Source: Octopus bimaculoides (lineage: Eukaryota). From it: 64,000 nt of DNA. Of the stretch, positions 39,063-50,470 are shown one piece after another. The notes beneath the pieces are model-generated. The model ran no database searches, was not told where the DNA came from, and saw only the letters and a list, made by a program, of their open reading frames with translations. The stretch's first letter is position 1. Each line of letters starts with the position of its first letter. The stretch is from the NCBI RefSeq assembly GCF_001194135.2, contig NC_068985.1, forward strand, positions 71,450,528 through 71,514,527. Direction: 5' to 3'. A program made the translations under genes and the position numbers.

Positions 39063-39423
39063 TTATTACTTCCGCCTTCGAGGTATTCTTTCAGTCATGT
39101 TTGCTTGTCCGTGAACAAGATATCTCAAGAACTGCTGGATGGATTCGGATGAAACTTTCAGAGATGTTTGGCATTGTGACTGGCACGAACTGATTAGACT
39201 TTGGGATCGATCCGGTACCGGACAATGATTCTAGATTATTTTTCCGGTTTTTTTTTTTTTACTTAATTTTTGAGAGCGGTCGGGTTCATTTTTAGTATTC
39301 TCGTTTATGAGAGCAGTCAAGTTTATTTCAGATATCCTCATTTTAAAAATCATCTCTGGATGATCGTTGAGAGGACGTTGGTGTTGCCTTGGCGGAGGTT
39401 TGCGCTCTCTGAGTGCTCTTGTT
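39063..39423 (+). mobile_element. Non-autonomous Helentron-like (DINE-1/HINE-type) element
   Basis: 5' TTATTACTTCCGCC; 3' CCTTGGCGGAGG (39387-39398, subterminal inverted repeat) followed by hairpin GCGCTC-TCT-GAGTGC and a T-rich end. This architecture is established for Helentron-derived elements. Confidence 0.7.
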
Positions 39424-39790
39424 ACGTTTGCAATTGGTGCAAGTTTTTATGAGAATGTTCCGCCAATGTTTCTTGTGTTGACATATACGCGGACAATAGC
39501 AGAGATGCTATTTCTCTATTTGTATTCATACAAGTCTCCAGGCATGAATGCTAAAAGTTTGCACCAGTTACTATTCTAGTTTCTTCAGTCGGCCAATTTG
39601 TGTGGGTGGCCGTCGAAACAGACATGGCAACTTGTGAAATTCCAAACTGAGTGGTTTCTCTTGATGAAAAACCCTCGTGTGTGTATTGATTACTCTTTCT
39701 ACCGTTCTTTATCATTAGTGTGAGAGTGTCTGGTGAAGAGGGGAATAGAGTTATAACATAATTCCGTTAATCTGAGTTTCATTTCTGTAT

Positions 39791-40126
39791 GGAGTAAAGC
39801 CTCCTTTGGTCACAAATGGCTATGGGATTGCACCTAGAAAGTTTCTCTCCGAGATATAAGTTCGGTCTGGGTTGTTAATGAAAGACAAGCAATGCCCATG
39901 CATAACAGCCTCCCCTCTCCGCGGTACCGATGTTATCCAAGAGAAAGGCAAAGGCCGATACAGCTTGGCACCAGTGACGTCGCAACTCATTTCTACAGCT
40001 GAGTGAACTGGAGCAATGTGAAATAAAGTGTCTTGCTCAAAAACACAGCACACAGCCCAGTCCGGGAATAGAACTCACAACCTCACGACTGTAAACCGAC
40101 ACTCTAACCACTGAGCCATGCGCCTT
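39791..40126 (-). mobile_element. Full-length family D tRNA-derived CORE-like SINE
   Basis: Minus strand AAGGCGCATGGCTCAGTGGTTAGAGTGTCGG...GAGTTCTATTCC...TTGAGCAAGACACTTTATTTCACATTGCTCCAGTTCACTCAGCTGTAGAAATGAG. Confidence 0.9.
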
Positions 40127-40136
40127 AATTTTGTAT

Positions 40137-40174
<38 letters not shown>

Positions 40175-40220
40175 ATATACACACATACATACACACACAC
40201 ATACACACACTCATACATAC

Positions 40221-40265
<45 letters not shown>

Positions 40266-40559
40266 TGTGTCACTGTTCAGTTTTATTTTAAGATGTCTTG
40301 CCAATAGAGAAAGAGTCAGTTTTTAACCTAGATCCAAGGCTCCTTCATAGGAATTTCAACATCAACAACAGGGTATTTTTGTACCTATGTATGTATGTAT
40401 GTATGTATGTATGTATGTATGCATGTATGTACGTATGTATGTATATGTGCAGATTTGTATGTTTTGTTTTATGTGTGTATTCTCAGGCATATAGTTGCAT
40501 ATAGTGGTCCAAATTGGATATGCAATCTATGTGGGTGTTTTTTTCAATACGTTGTCTGC

Positions 40560-40876
40560 TTTTAAAAGTCACATCAGACGCCATGAAGGATTTAAGGTGT
40601 AGGTACAGGAGGTGGACAGACTCTGCATAAGGAGTAGACAACCACCGCAGCTGCATATCTAGACATGCTCATATATACTTAAATGATAAACTTCTGGAAA
40701 GTTTTACTGATTTTTACAGTTCCAGTGATGGATTCGATCTGTAGTCTTCGAATTAGCTTTCTCCTTTCTGGTTTTGAGAAGCCTAATTTCTCAAGATTGG
40801 TATTTAGGCAGTGTGTTACATATCCCATGGCCCCAATAATTACAGGTATAAATATGAATTTGTAATCTGGATAGAG
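40560..40876 (-). mobile_element. 3' end of an R4/Dong-like (restriction-like endonuclease) non-LTR retrotransposon
   Basis: 40876-40679 is an unbroken 66-codon frame: LYPDYKFIFIPVIIGAMGYVTHCLNTNLEKLGFSKPERRKLIRRLQIESITGTVKISKTFQKFII*. It matches the RLE C-terminal pattern PxIIGAxG...LxKLG...LQxxxxxGT; the 3' UTR follows. Confidence 0.75.
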
Positions 40877-40906
40877 GCATGTATGTATGTATGTATGTAT
40901 GTATTT

Positions 40907-41281
40907 AGGCGCAATGGCCCAGTGGTTAGGGCAGCGGACTCGCGGTCGTAGGATCGCGGTTTCGATTCCCAGACCAGACGTTGTTAGTGTTTCTTGAGCG
41001 AAAACACCTAAAGCTCAACGAGGCTCCGGCAGGGGATGGTGGCGAACCCTACTGTACTCTTTCACCGCAACTTTTTCTCACTCTTACTTCCTGTTTCTGC
41101 TGTGCCTGTATTTCGAAGGGCCAGCCTTGTCACACTATGTCACGCTGAATATCCCCGAGAACTACATTAAGGGTACACGTGTCTGTGGAGTGCTCAGCCA
41201 CTTGCACGTAAAATTTCACGAGCAGGCTGTTCCGTTGATCGGATCAACTGGAACCCTCGTCGTCGTAAGGGACGGAGTGCG
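40907..41281 (+). mobile_element. Full-length family C tRNA-derived SINE inside an (ATGT)n tract
   Basis: AGGCGCAATGGCCCAGTGGTTAGGGCAGCGG (A box) and GGTTTCGATTCCC (B box); ends GGAACCCTCGTCGTCGTAAGGGACGGAGTGC; (ATGT)n on both sides. Confidence 0.9.
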
Positions 41282-42159
41282 AACAAATGTATGTATGTAT
41301 GTATGTATGTATGTACGTATGTATAAACACATATACGCATATATCATACATACACGCATATCATATTGTGTGTGTGAGTGTATAGGTCAGGTGGTCAAGA
41401 AGAGCTGTGATCAAAGGGGTCTCTAATCGAGAAAAGAGAGCGACCGCTCCCACTGAGCACATTTTTCAAAATTGTTGCCTTTTTAACAATATTTTAACTC
41501 TTTAGTTCATTTGTGCGATAAAAGTCGAATCTCTCTTTGTTGTCGTTGTTGTTGTTAATCACATGACCTTGGAAGAACTTTCTGGAGTCATTACTTCATT
41601 TGACTAACCTCCCATGTTTCTGAACTGTCTACTCAATTTCCTGTGATGTGTTGGTGGCCGCTGACATATGAAGAACCAAAACAAACCTTGACGTCATAAC
41701 CTCTCGACTCTGGACGATCCCAGTCACTGAAACATGAAATTAATGAGTGTAGAATACAAATACGTATATTATAACCACTGAAATATTTCGTGTAATATAA
41801 GAGAAATGAGTTTAGAATTGTTTTATGTGCTCACTCCCTTTAACTTTAGAACCTGACTACGCCTCTGAATCCTGGCCATCCCATCTTAAGCGTTGCATAT
41901 CTAAGACTTAATTAATCAACATGCTCTTCCCGTTTCAGATGGTATAATCTGAAAAATTTGGCTGCCGTTTCTTGCAGTTTAAACGTCCTCCTTGCGTTTT
42001 TCCTTCTTATCATGTTTTGTGCAAAGGTTTCTTTCCACTGCAATACCTGTGTCAGGCATTATGACTAACAACACACTGCAACATACTGGGTGCCCACAAT
42101 TACTATCATAACAACACAATGACGCCATGCCTCAATTACACAAACCAATAAGAAAGACC

Positions 42160-42580
42160 AATACATGGTCGCTCGACCTGCATAAAATACTAGCTAAATC
42201 TCCCTTAAATCACACACAATTATCTTGCATAAGAAAAAACAGCACCTAAAAAAAATGGGAGATAGTCGGGATTCGAACTCTTTCGATTGCCACCGCCGTA
42301 ACTACTTACAACCAGGGCTGACTTGGGGCAAAGCAACAACAATATATAAGTTAAAGAAGGAGCCTCTACGTGGTCACTTGACTTCCTGAACATAGCAGCC
42401 AAATCTCCATCATATCTCAACCTTAAGAAATACAAAAAAAAAAAGAAATAATGATAAAAGAGGCAACAATGTCGTTCTAGATACCGTTGTACAGAATAAA
42501 TACGGGTTGGATAACGGCTGGAATGCTTTTAATCATGGGTCTGCTCGATAACGACTGACCTGGGGTTAAACAACAACACT
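42160..42580 (+). mobile_element. AAC-tailed retroposon copies (partial at 42160-42230, complete at 42355-42580)
   Basis: GAAGGAGCCTCTACGTGGTCACTTGAC...AGCAGCCAAATCTCC...GGTCTGCTCGATAACGACTGACCTGGGGTTAAACAACAAC, one of the least decayed copies. Confidence 0.8.
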
Positions 42581-43004
42581 AACAACTACCATCAGGCAGA
42601 ACCATACTATCTTAGCGCCCTATATCACGTGACTAAGACATCATGACTACTCTCCACTTTCACGAGCATCGCCCTGTGTTTATGTTGCTTATCTCCAGCT
42701 TTCAACACTCTTGTTAATGGCTAACCAACACTAACTTCGTACATCTCTCTCTCCCTCTCTCTCTCCCTCCCTCTCTCTCTCTCTCTCTCTCTCCCCCTCT
42801 CTCATTCACTGACTCACTCACTCACACTTCACTCCACACTCAGCCATTCATCCTCTCCGTTTGTAGTCCCTGCATTCACTCCTACCATTTTCACACCATT
42901 CTGTCACCCAATCTTGGAAGTTTTTCTTCATATATGCTCTTATAATGTATGTATATTTTTTTTATTAGCTGTATTTGCTACAGAAGTTACTCAAGGGCCT
43001 AATG

Positions 43005-43057
43005 TTTCATGACAAGGCACTTGTCAAACTCAGTTTGACAAGTGCCTTGCCATGAAA
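43005..43057. repeat. 53-bp near-perfect palindrome (26-bp arms, 1-nt spacer, one mismatch)
   Basis: TTTCATGACAAGGCACTTGTCAAACT-C-AGTTTGACAAGTGCCTTGCCATGAAA. Confidence 0.95.
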
Positions 43058-43484
43058 TTCTAGGACTTTAAGCCTGTAGCAATCTTAGCAAATAAACGAT
43101 CATATGTACTTGGTTTTACGTATTGAGTTTCTCATTTTCTCGCTTGTAAAACCAAATGTAACGTGCGCGCGTGTGTGTGTGTGTGTGAGACACACACGCG
43201 CGCACACATGCAAACAGTAAGTAAGCACACGCGTACAAACTTTTATGCAAGCACACGCTCGCACTTAAACACGCGCTCACACACATACACACAGTTTGTA
43301 CGCACATATTAGCTTCATACACACACACATATCCTAAGCTCACAGTTGTTCGCCTTGTCACTGACGCCTAAAGCGACCTCTCTATCACTTCTGCTCATTA
43401 CAGTGTGCCGCGACAGTTGCATACACGTACGTTTCGATATCTCCATTTTCCTTTCTCCGTTTTTCTCTCTTCTTGTCCATCCTT

Positions 43485-43522
43485 TCTTTCGAAAGAAGAG
43501 TGAATACTCCAAACGTTAAAGA
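43485..43522 (+). ncRNA. Degenerate minimal type I hammerhead ribozyme motif, catalytic core mutated
   Basis: TCTTT-CGAAAGA-A-GAGT(GAAT)ACTC-CAAA-CGTT-AAAGA. Helix I (5 bp), helix II (4 bp) and palindromic ACGT helix III are intact; both core boxes are altered. Confidence 0.55.
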
Positions 43523-44071
43523 CTTTTCCTCTTTTTTCTAATGTTCTGTGCGTCAACTATGTACCTATTTTTGTTTGTTTGCTTTTTTTTTTCTTGCTTT
43601 ATCTTGACTTTTAAGAATGAATAGTTAAGTGCAGGTTGTCAAACTTGAGGCAGGGATACAAAAATAATTTTGAAAAGGATATTAGGGTTTAAAAAATACA
43701 TTTGCAAAGCGCAAGAAAGAATTTCTGAAATTTCAATTGACCAATAATTAGAGCCATGTGGTAGGGGCTGATTTTGATCTCTGGCATTCGTCGTGGTAAC
43801 TCCAAACATGCTTCGTTCTTTTTAATCCTCTTCAGCTGCGAGTAAGTTATGCTTCGAAGCATATCTACAATTGACACTTAAACTGCCAAAAACAAACTCA
43901 CTTCCCTTGCATATGTCCATAGAATGTTTGGATAATGGAAATTCATGGGATTCACTTTCTTATAAGTGTCCTTTTAGCGCTAATCATTTTTCTTTTCAGT
44001 TATTTCAATTGTTTAAAAATTATCTCCGTTCACCATAACTATGATAGTCTGTACTTAATAATACATATATA

Positions 44072-44378
44072 CAGAGGCGTAGCCAGGTCCTAAAGTTGTG
44101 GGAGCAAGCACAGAAAAAAATGCGCCGTGATACATACCAGACAATTTTTAACTCATTTCTCTTATATTACACGTAATATTTTATTAGTTATAATATACGT
44201 AATTGTATTCTACATTTATTAATTTTATATTTCAATAGCAATGTCATTATATATGTGAAACTTACAACTACTGATATTTTTAACTGAAGGCTTTAAATAA
44301 ATTGTTGAAAGGGTACCAATTTTGGAAAATGTTCTCGTGGAAAGCAGTCCCCTTGCTCCTTTATTAGCTACGCCACTG
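44072..44378. mobile_element. hAT-type MITE with CAGWGGCGTAGC TIRs, 307 bp
   Basis: CAGAGGCGTAGC / GCTACGCCACTG; 8-bp flanks CATATATA / CATGCATA (6 of 8). Confidence 0.75.
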
Positions 44379-45647
44379 CATGCATACATACAAGTGCTTT
44401 TGGTGGCCTGAAGAGTCACCAAGTGAAGTGAATAAACTGTAAACATTGGTGAATGGTTGTAATAGTAACGTATGTTGTTGTTTGTCTATTTGGTTGGATT
44501 GTTTTTCTTCTGTCTTCTCATTGAACACTCATATGTCGTCTGCGACAGAAGAGTCCGTCATATATATATATAAGTACACGCTCTCACAAATGCACGCGCG
44601 CGCTTGGATGTATCAATAGGACAAAAAAATGTTGTTAATTCATTCTTTCGAAGCTGATGGTCCACTGAATTGTTGAATATTTTTGCTTTGTTTTGTGGGG
44701 GTGGAAACGAAGAAAGTTTTTTTGTTTTTTTTTAACCTATACTCTAATCCTACCAATAACAACGGTCTGACCTGCTCGAGTTAGCTGCCAAATCTCCCAT
44801 AAATTACTGCCTACTTACTTTTTTAAAAAATCGGGATTGTCACGGCTTGACATTTTTAATAATAGATCTGCTCGATAAGGTCTGGTGTGAGACTAAGAAA
44901 CAATAAAAACAATTTCTCTAACAACTCCAAACCCCGTTCACATATTTTGCCCTCACCATCGTCTCAGCAGCCTAGTTGTTACCTTCTTCAATTGCCTCCA
45001 CCAATCTCAGCCTTCAAGACTCCCAAACGCACACTTCGCATCTGTTCTTCCTTCCTCCATCCCCACTTCCACTCCTTATTACGTGGTAAGCTCGACCTGT
45101 GAGAAAAATGGCACCTAAATCTTCATTAGATCTCATACTCTTCAGTTGACATGTTTAAGCTGTTGTAGTTTAAGTACCATTTGGAGACTAGCTAACAAAA
45201 TATTTAATTAGCAGTCCGTCTCACGGGCTCAAGAACACGCTCTCTGTAGCAGTGATTCGCAACCTTTTGTACCTCAGCGACACTTTTGCCCCAGTGCCGT
45301 TTTACAAACGTCACCTTCCTATTCAGCGAAAAAGAAAAACAGATCAATACATAAATAAATAACACACAGCGGATCAACTGGAAACAAGCTACTTTTGTGC
45401 GGGGCTTCATTATCCCTATTTTCTTATACTCTTCCATTCAGCATGTTCTTGTTAGTGTCTCATATATCAAATCTATAGAGAAATCATTAAACAGGACGAG
45501 GACTTACAGACGGAATTCTGATTTAAGCACCCCACCCCACTCGTAACTTATTAGTTTTTGTAATTTTCAGAAAACTTTTGCGAATTCGTGTTCTACACGC
45601 GGAGATTCATACGATTATTTTTACTTGTTACTGCTTAGCCACAAGTC

Positions 45648-45803
45648 CAGGCCCGTCACCAGACTTTAGTGCCCGAGGGTACTTCAGAATATTCTGGGTG
45701 AGCACTAAGTTGTAATAATACTAAAGTGGAGTAAATCTGAGGGTGCACTATTGAATAGTGAGGGGACAGTGCTGTCCAGTGCACCCTCTTAGCGACGGGC
45801 ATG
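45648..45803 (+). mobile_element. MITE with CAKGCCCGTC-type TIRs (copy 2 of 3)
   Basis: CAGGCCCGTCAC / GCGACGGGCATG; no TSD recognised. Confidence 0.75.
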
Positions 45804-45991
45804 GTGTGTGTCTATTTCAGGCGCCATGTGGATGCGCATATGTGTCTTAATTATGTCTGTGTGTGTCTTGATTTGTATGTATATGTGTGTATGGTTGTAT
45901 CCATGAGAATTATATTGTTTAATGTATGTATAAGATTAACCCAAGTGTCTAAATACCACTTTATAACTCTTTCTCTCTCTCTCTCTATTTT

Positions 45992-46046
<55 letters not shown>

Positions 46047-46396
46047 TGCAACAAAAATCGGGCAAGACCAGTGAAAATTACACCACTGGTCTTACCCGAT
46101 TTACGTTTTTGTTGCTTCGCTAAATTCCCTTTGAGAATTATTTGGTCTTAGTAGACACATGACATGTGATCTTCTTCTAGCACATTAACAGTTCACCTAG
46201 TGGCCTCCTTTATATATATTCTTATATATTTTTATATATACATATACAATAATCGTTTGAGATCTCAGATATTTTTTCAGAATCTCCCTGATTCTTTTAA
46301 TGTGCTTGTTACCTGGTATTAAATTGATATTAATTAATATCCAATTTTTTACCCTATTGTTTAATTTAATTATCTATCTCATGTATGTATCTGTGT

Positions 46397-46574
46397 CAGC
46401 CCGTCACCAGACTTTGGTACCTGGGAGTGCTTCACAATATGCTGAGTGGGCACTAATTTGTAATAATTCTAAAGTGGAGTTTCTGAATAAGTGCATCATT
46501 GTAAATGTGAGGGTGCACCATTGAGTAAATGAAAGGGTAGTGCCGTCCAGTACACCCACTTAACGACGGACATG
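46397..46574 (+). mobile_element. MITE with CAKGCCCGTC-type TIRs (copy 3 of 3)
   Basis: CAGCCCGTCACCAGACTTT / ACGACGGACATG; colinear with 45648-45803 plus a ~20-bp insertion. Confidence 0.75.
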
Positions 46575-46765
46575 CCCGGATCAGCCCTGATAAGGCAAAT
46601 ACTTACGATAAAAAGCGTTCCAGACGTGGCTGTTACTTTTTCTACTCAAAATGAACCCTGGGCCACATTATTCAGCCACTGAACTTTTGCTTTTAAGTAT
46701 GGTATGGTGTATTTTGAGGCAGATTCGGCTACTATTTTCTATTCAAGGTAAACGATCACGTAGAG

Positions 46766-47058
46766 CAGGGTTTCTCAACGATTTTTTAATCTCTGGTCCC
46801 CTTTGATTACTATTTTATTCTGGCGGGCCCCCACAGCCATTCGATGTTCAGAAATTAGTTTTATAGAATCTTCTTTCAAAATTCCTATTTTGTTTTTCAC
46901 CCATTAACTTCTGTAGGTTGAACTATGTAAAATGTTAGATAAAGAAACCAAACTGTTTTTTGCCATATATACCACTACAAATTTTCTTTTCAGGGGCCCT
47001 TAAAATACTATTGTTGAGTCCTCAAGAGTCTTATATGGGCCCTGGTTGAGGATCACTG
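46766..47058. mobile_element. hAT (Charlie-like) MITE, 293 bp, nested in a minus-strand AAC-tailed retroposon
   Basis: Perfect TSD ACGTAGAG at 46758-46765 and 47059-47066; TIRs CAGGGTTTCTCAAC / GTTGAGGATCACTG. The TSD is the host's CTCTACGT motif. Confidence 0.9.
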
Positions 47059-48234
47059 ACGTAGAGGTTTCTCTCAATTTGTTCGACCCTTTACTACTTA
47101 ATACCTATAGTATTTTGCTGTGTCTTTCACGTTTGGACAGTATTTTTTTTTAGCAATTTTTTCCTTTGTTATTTTTATATTTCTTTTTCGTTCATTTTCT
47201 GTTTTTGCTGCTTTGATTTTTTTTTTTGGGGGGGGGGAAGTTCATTCAACCTATCTCACGCATGGCAACGCATCAACAGTTTTACTGATGGTAAACTCTG
47301 TTACACCATATCCCAGAAGTTTCAGTTACCCACCCACACACCTCACCCCAACCGAAGAGAAAATAAAGAGTTTGTTGATTAAGAACTGACAGCTAAATTT
47401 CGCATGATAAATGTATTGCTTCTAAATCACCATCATCATCATCATCATCATCATCATTACTACGATTATTATTATTATTATTATCATTATTTGTTTTGAA
47501 CGTCACGTTTCACAGAGCTCCACGTTAAAGATATTTTCTTCCAGGATTACCAGATGAAAAATCAGTTGTGTTTTTTGTTTTTTGTTTGTTCCCCCTCCAG
47601 TTTTACTGACAGGAGGTTTTCAGATCATTTAAGGGTCTACCCCCATTGCCTAGGTTAGAATAAAGATTTGTCTTTAGACATTTTAAACTGAAAGCTATTT
47701 TTGACAAATAGTCAGCCATTTGCAATATTTTACATGCATGACAAGAAAACAACTTCAGAAGTAACAGGAAGAAGTGATATCCACAATAGTTGTAGCAGTG
47801 CCCTCGACAAACATACCTCAGAATTATTTCCAAACGAAAGAACATAATTAAAAAAAAGTACACAAAGAATGAGAATTCAAACATACAGAAAGGTTTCACG
47901 CTTAAACACACTTGTACAATGGAAGAAGACAAAGAAAAAAAAAGGAAGAATAGTATTGGCATCGTTAATCCGAATTGGAAAAACAATATGGATAACAACG
48001 AGCGACAACAACATCACCACCCACAATAACAACGTTCCATATTTCGCAAACTGTGAGTTAAAAAGAGCGACTGGGCTTCAGCCAACTCAATGAAAAGGAA
48101 AAAGTGAATGTGTGGTATGTTATAAAAGACATTGCCTTCTCGATCGGTGGATTTTACCTAGGAATGAACCATTAAAAATAGTGACACACCACTGAATTTT
48201 GTTCCCGAAAAATTTTTTTAAATAAAATGTAGAG

Positions 48235-48865
48235 AGTGCAGGCGTGGCTGTGTGATAAGAAGCTTGCTTCCCAGTCACATGGTTCTGGGTTCAGTCCCAC
48301 AGCGCAGCACCTTGAGTAAGTGTCTTCTACTATAGCCTCTGGCTGACCTGAGTGGATTTGTTGACGGATACTGAAAGAAACCCGTCATGTGTGTGTGTGA
48401 GAGAGAGAGAGAGATTTTTACCTGTGGGGTTACATAAAAGACAAGACCTCGCACAAGACAAGACCTCGCACACTGGAAGACTTGGAGACAGATTCAAGAG
48501 GTTCCCAATGATATCCCAAATGACGTTCTTCAGAAGGCTGTTCATTCCATCCCTGGCCGTTTGAGGAAATTGGTTGATGCCACCGGTGCTTACGTTGAAA
48601 TATGAAGATTTACTTTCATTTTCCTCATGTAATAGAGAACGTGTATCATTTGTTTCAATAAATTTGTAAACGGCAAATGGATTTTATTACCAATTTTTAA
48701 TGCCTACTTACTTTCACCCACCCTGTAAGTATATATATATATATGTGTGTGTGTGTGTGAGACCACTTCAAAATACTAAAAAAAATAAGTCCTGGTATCG
48801 ATTTGTTCGACTAAAACCCTTCAAAGCGGTGCCATAGCATGGCCGCAGCCAAATGACAGACACCA
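48235..48865 (+). mobile_element. Family A SINE split by a mariner fragment (head 48235-48395, tail 48765-48865)
   Basis: GCAGGCGTGGCTGTGTGATAAGAAGC...GAAAGAAACCCGTC, resuming at AATAAGTCCTGG...GCATGGCCGCAGCCAAATGAC. Confidence 0.8.
48416..48725 (+). mobile_element. 3' fragment of a Tc1/mariner-superfamily transposon
   Basis: FYLWGYIKDK...TRPRTLEDL, a frameshift, then RQIQEVPNDIPNDVLQKAVHSIPGRLRKLVDATGAYVEI* (stop 48603-48605). Ends CACCCACCCTG followed by TA. Confidence 0.85.
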
Positions 48866-50124
48866 TTAATAGATAGGACTTTTGTATACCTTCGAAAAAC
48901 GTGTAGAAAGAAGCTTTGACAGAAGCGAAGCAGGCCGATAAAATGTGCGCTTCTTTGTATGGAGACATGTGCTTCGCTGGTATTTAAGACCCAAGACGAG
49001 GTGAAGAAACAATAGAGCTGGTGCGGCATACTCTTACCCACATTTTAGTGTCACATTTCTCAGGAACACGAGAATGATGATAAGAGATTTAAATACGGGC
49101 GCCGACTAAAGGTTTGTCATTATCCTTGTGCAAAGTATGCGGTGACTCGCAACTACAGCTTTTCACATGAAGTCTATATACGGACGCCCTGGTCTTATTT
49201 ACTGCTTCAGGTGTAGGAAATGCCGGTTGAGAGCCTTTATTTAGAAGAAGAACAAAGGGAAAGGTAAAGCGTCAGACAACCGCTGAAACAGAAGTGTCAG
49301 CACCAACAAAAGAAAACCCCAAAGGTAAATACTATGGCTGTTGTGATTGTTTTTTTGCAGGACCCCGCCGGTTGCAACTCTGGACATAGCCAACGTAGAA
49401 TTATCGTCAATATGAGAATCCAGGGGCTTCCCTCTCCAGCTTGGGACCGATTCATGATGGTCACTGGAGAAAAGTGGAAAGATGTTGAAAATAGAAGGCT
49501 CTTCAACTGACCTTTTCTGTCACCCGTGTAGCAGTTGAACCTTCTTTCCTGCATCATGAATCTGAGCTTACCTACCGACCTCCCTATTCCCGCAATGGAG
49601 CACAGTTACAGGTAACCTTGTTATGTTCGAGAGTAATTAAGACCAGGTTGTCCTTACAGATTCCACTCAGCAAAGCTGGAAGTTCTTTACAAAGAGGAAC
49701 CCACTTCCAACGAGTAGCTGGCTGGCATAGTTGTTTGAATCAATATTTGAAACCTAACAGAAAAGCTGAATTAGTTGCGATAATGAAAACGAAGGAAATA
49801 TAGCTTTAGTTAAGTTATATTTAAAATAACAGCAGACGGTGATTTGTTGAACTGTTATTTATTGCATGTCAAATATTTACAAAAGTGAGGAAGAGTGATC
49901 CACCTCTAAAGCCCAGGTCTTGTTGTCCGCCTCACCGGAAGTGCCTTTTTTTCCCCTGCCAACTGGTTCAATGACTAGTCTGCTGTAAAAATCCTCGTCC
50001 ACACTTCTTTTACGAGCTCACGGGCAATACCCTACAGGAATATTGTACTTACTGTGGAGGAAATTGAGCAAGGTTATATGAGAATGTGACGCATTTTGAA
50101 TTGTATATAAGGGCACTTAAGGTC

Positions 50125-50470
50125 ATCCGGACGTTCTGAGTTTAAATTCTATCGAGGTCCACTTTGCTTTTCATCCTTTCGGGGTCTATAAAATAAATAC
50201 CAGTTGAGCACTGAGATCGATGTAGTCGACTAAACCCATCGTCATGAAATTGCTGGCTTTGTGCCAAAACTCGAAACAATTATTATTTAAAAGAGCGGCG
50301 AGCTGGCAGAATCGCTAGCACGCCGCGCATGTTTAGCGGCATTTTGTCTGTCTTTACTTCTGAGTTCAAATTCCACCGAGGTCGACTTTGCCTTTCATCC
50401 TTTCGAAGTTGATGAAATAAGTACCAGTTATGCAGTTACTCAAGTTTCAGGTCTTTGCCTACAGTAGAAA
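50125..50470 (+). mobile_element. Two tandem family B SINEs
   Basis: CGTTCTGAGTTTAAATTC...CTTTCATCCTTTCGGGGTC...GTGCCAAAA, then GCGGCGAGCTGGCAGAATCGCTAGC...GAGGTCGACTTTGCCTTTCATCCTTTCG. Confidence 0.85.

Noticed and set aside
40907-40980. Apparent tRNA gene
   Set aside because: A and B boxes are present but I see no acceptor stem, and the sequence continues into a 370-bp SINE body. The same applies to heads at 2570, 40126, 55876 and 58229.
43689-43877. 62-aa minus-strand ORF over the microexon candidate
   Set aside because: Short, starts at a non-ATG codon in the track, and has no recognisable domain.
44408-44436. CTGAAGAG-TCAC..GTGA as another hammerhead
   Set aside because: No GAAA box at the right position, and no helix I or III.
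49129-49146. CKVCGD, resembling the start of a nuclear-receptor zinc finger
   Set aside because: The frame continues SQLQLFT* and no frame gives the required FHYG...CEGCKxFF; treated as chance.
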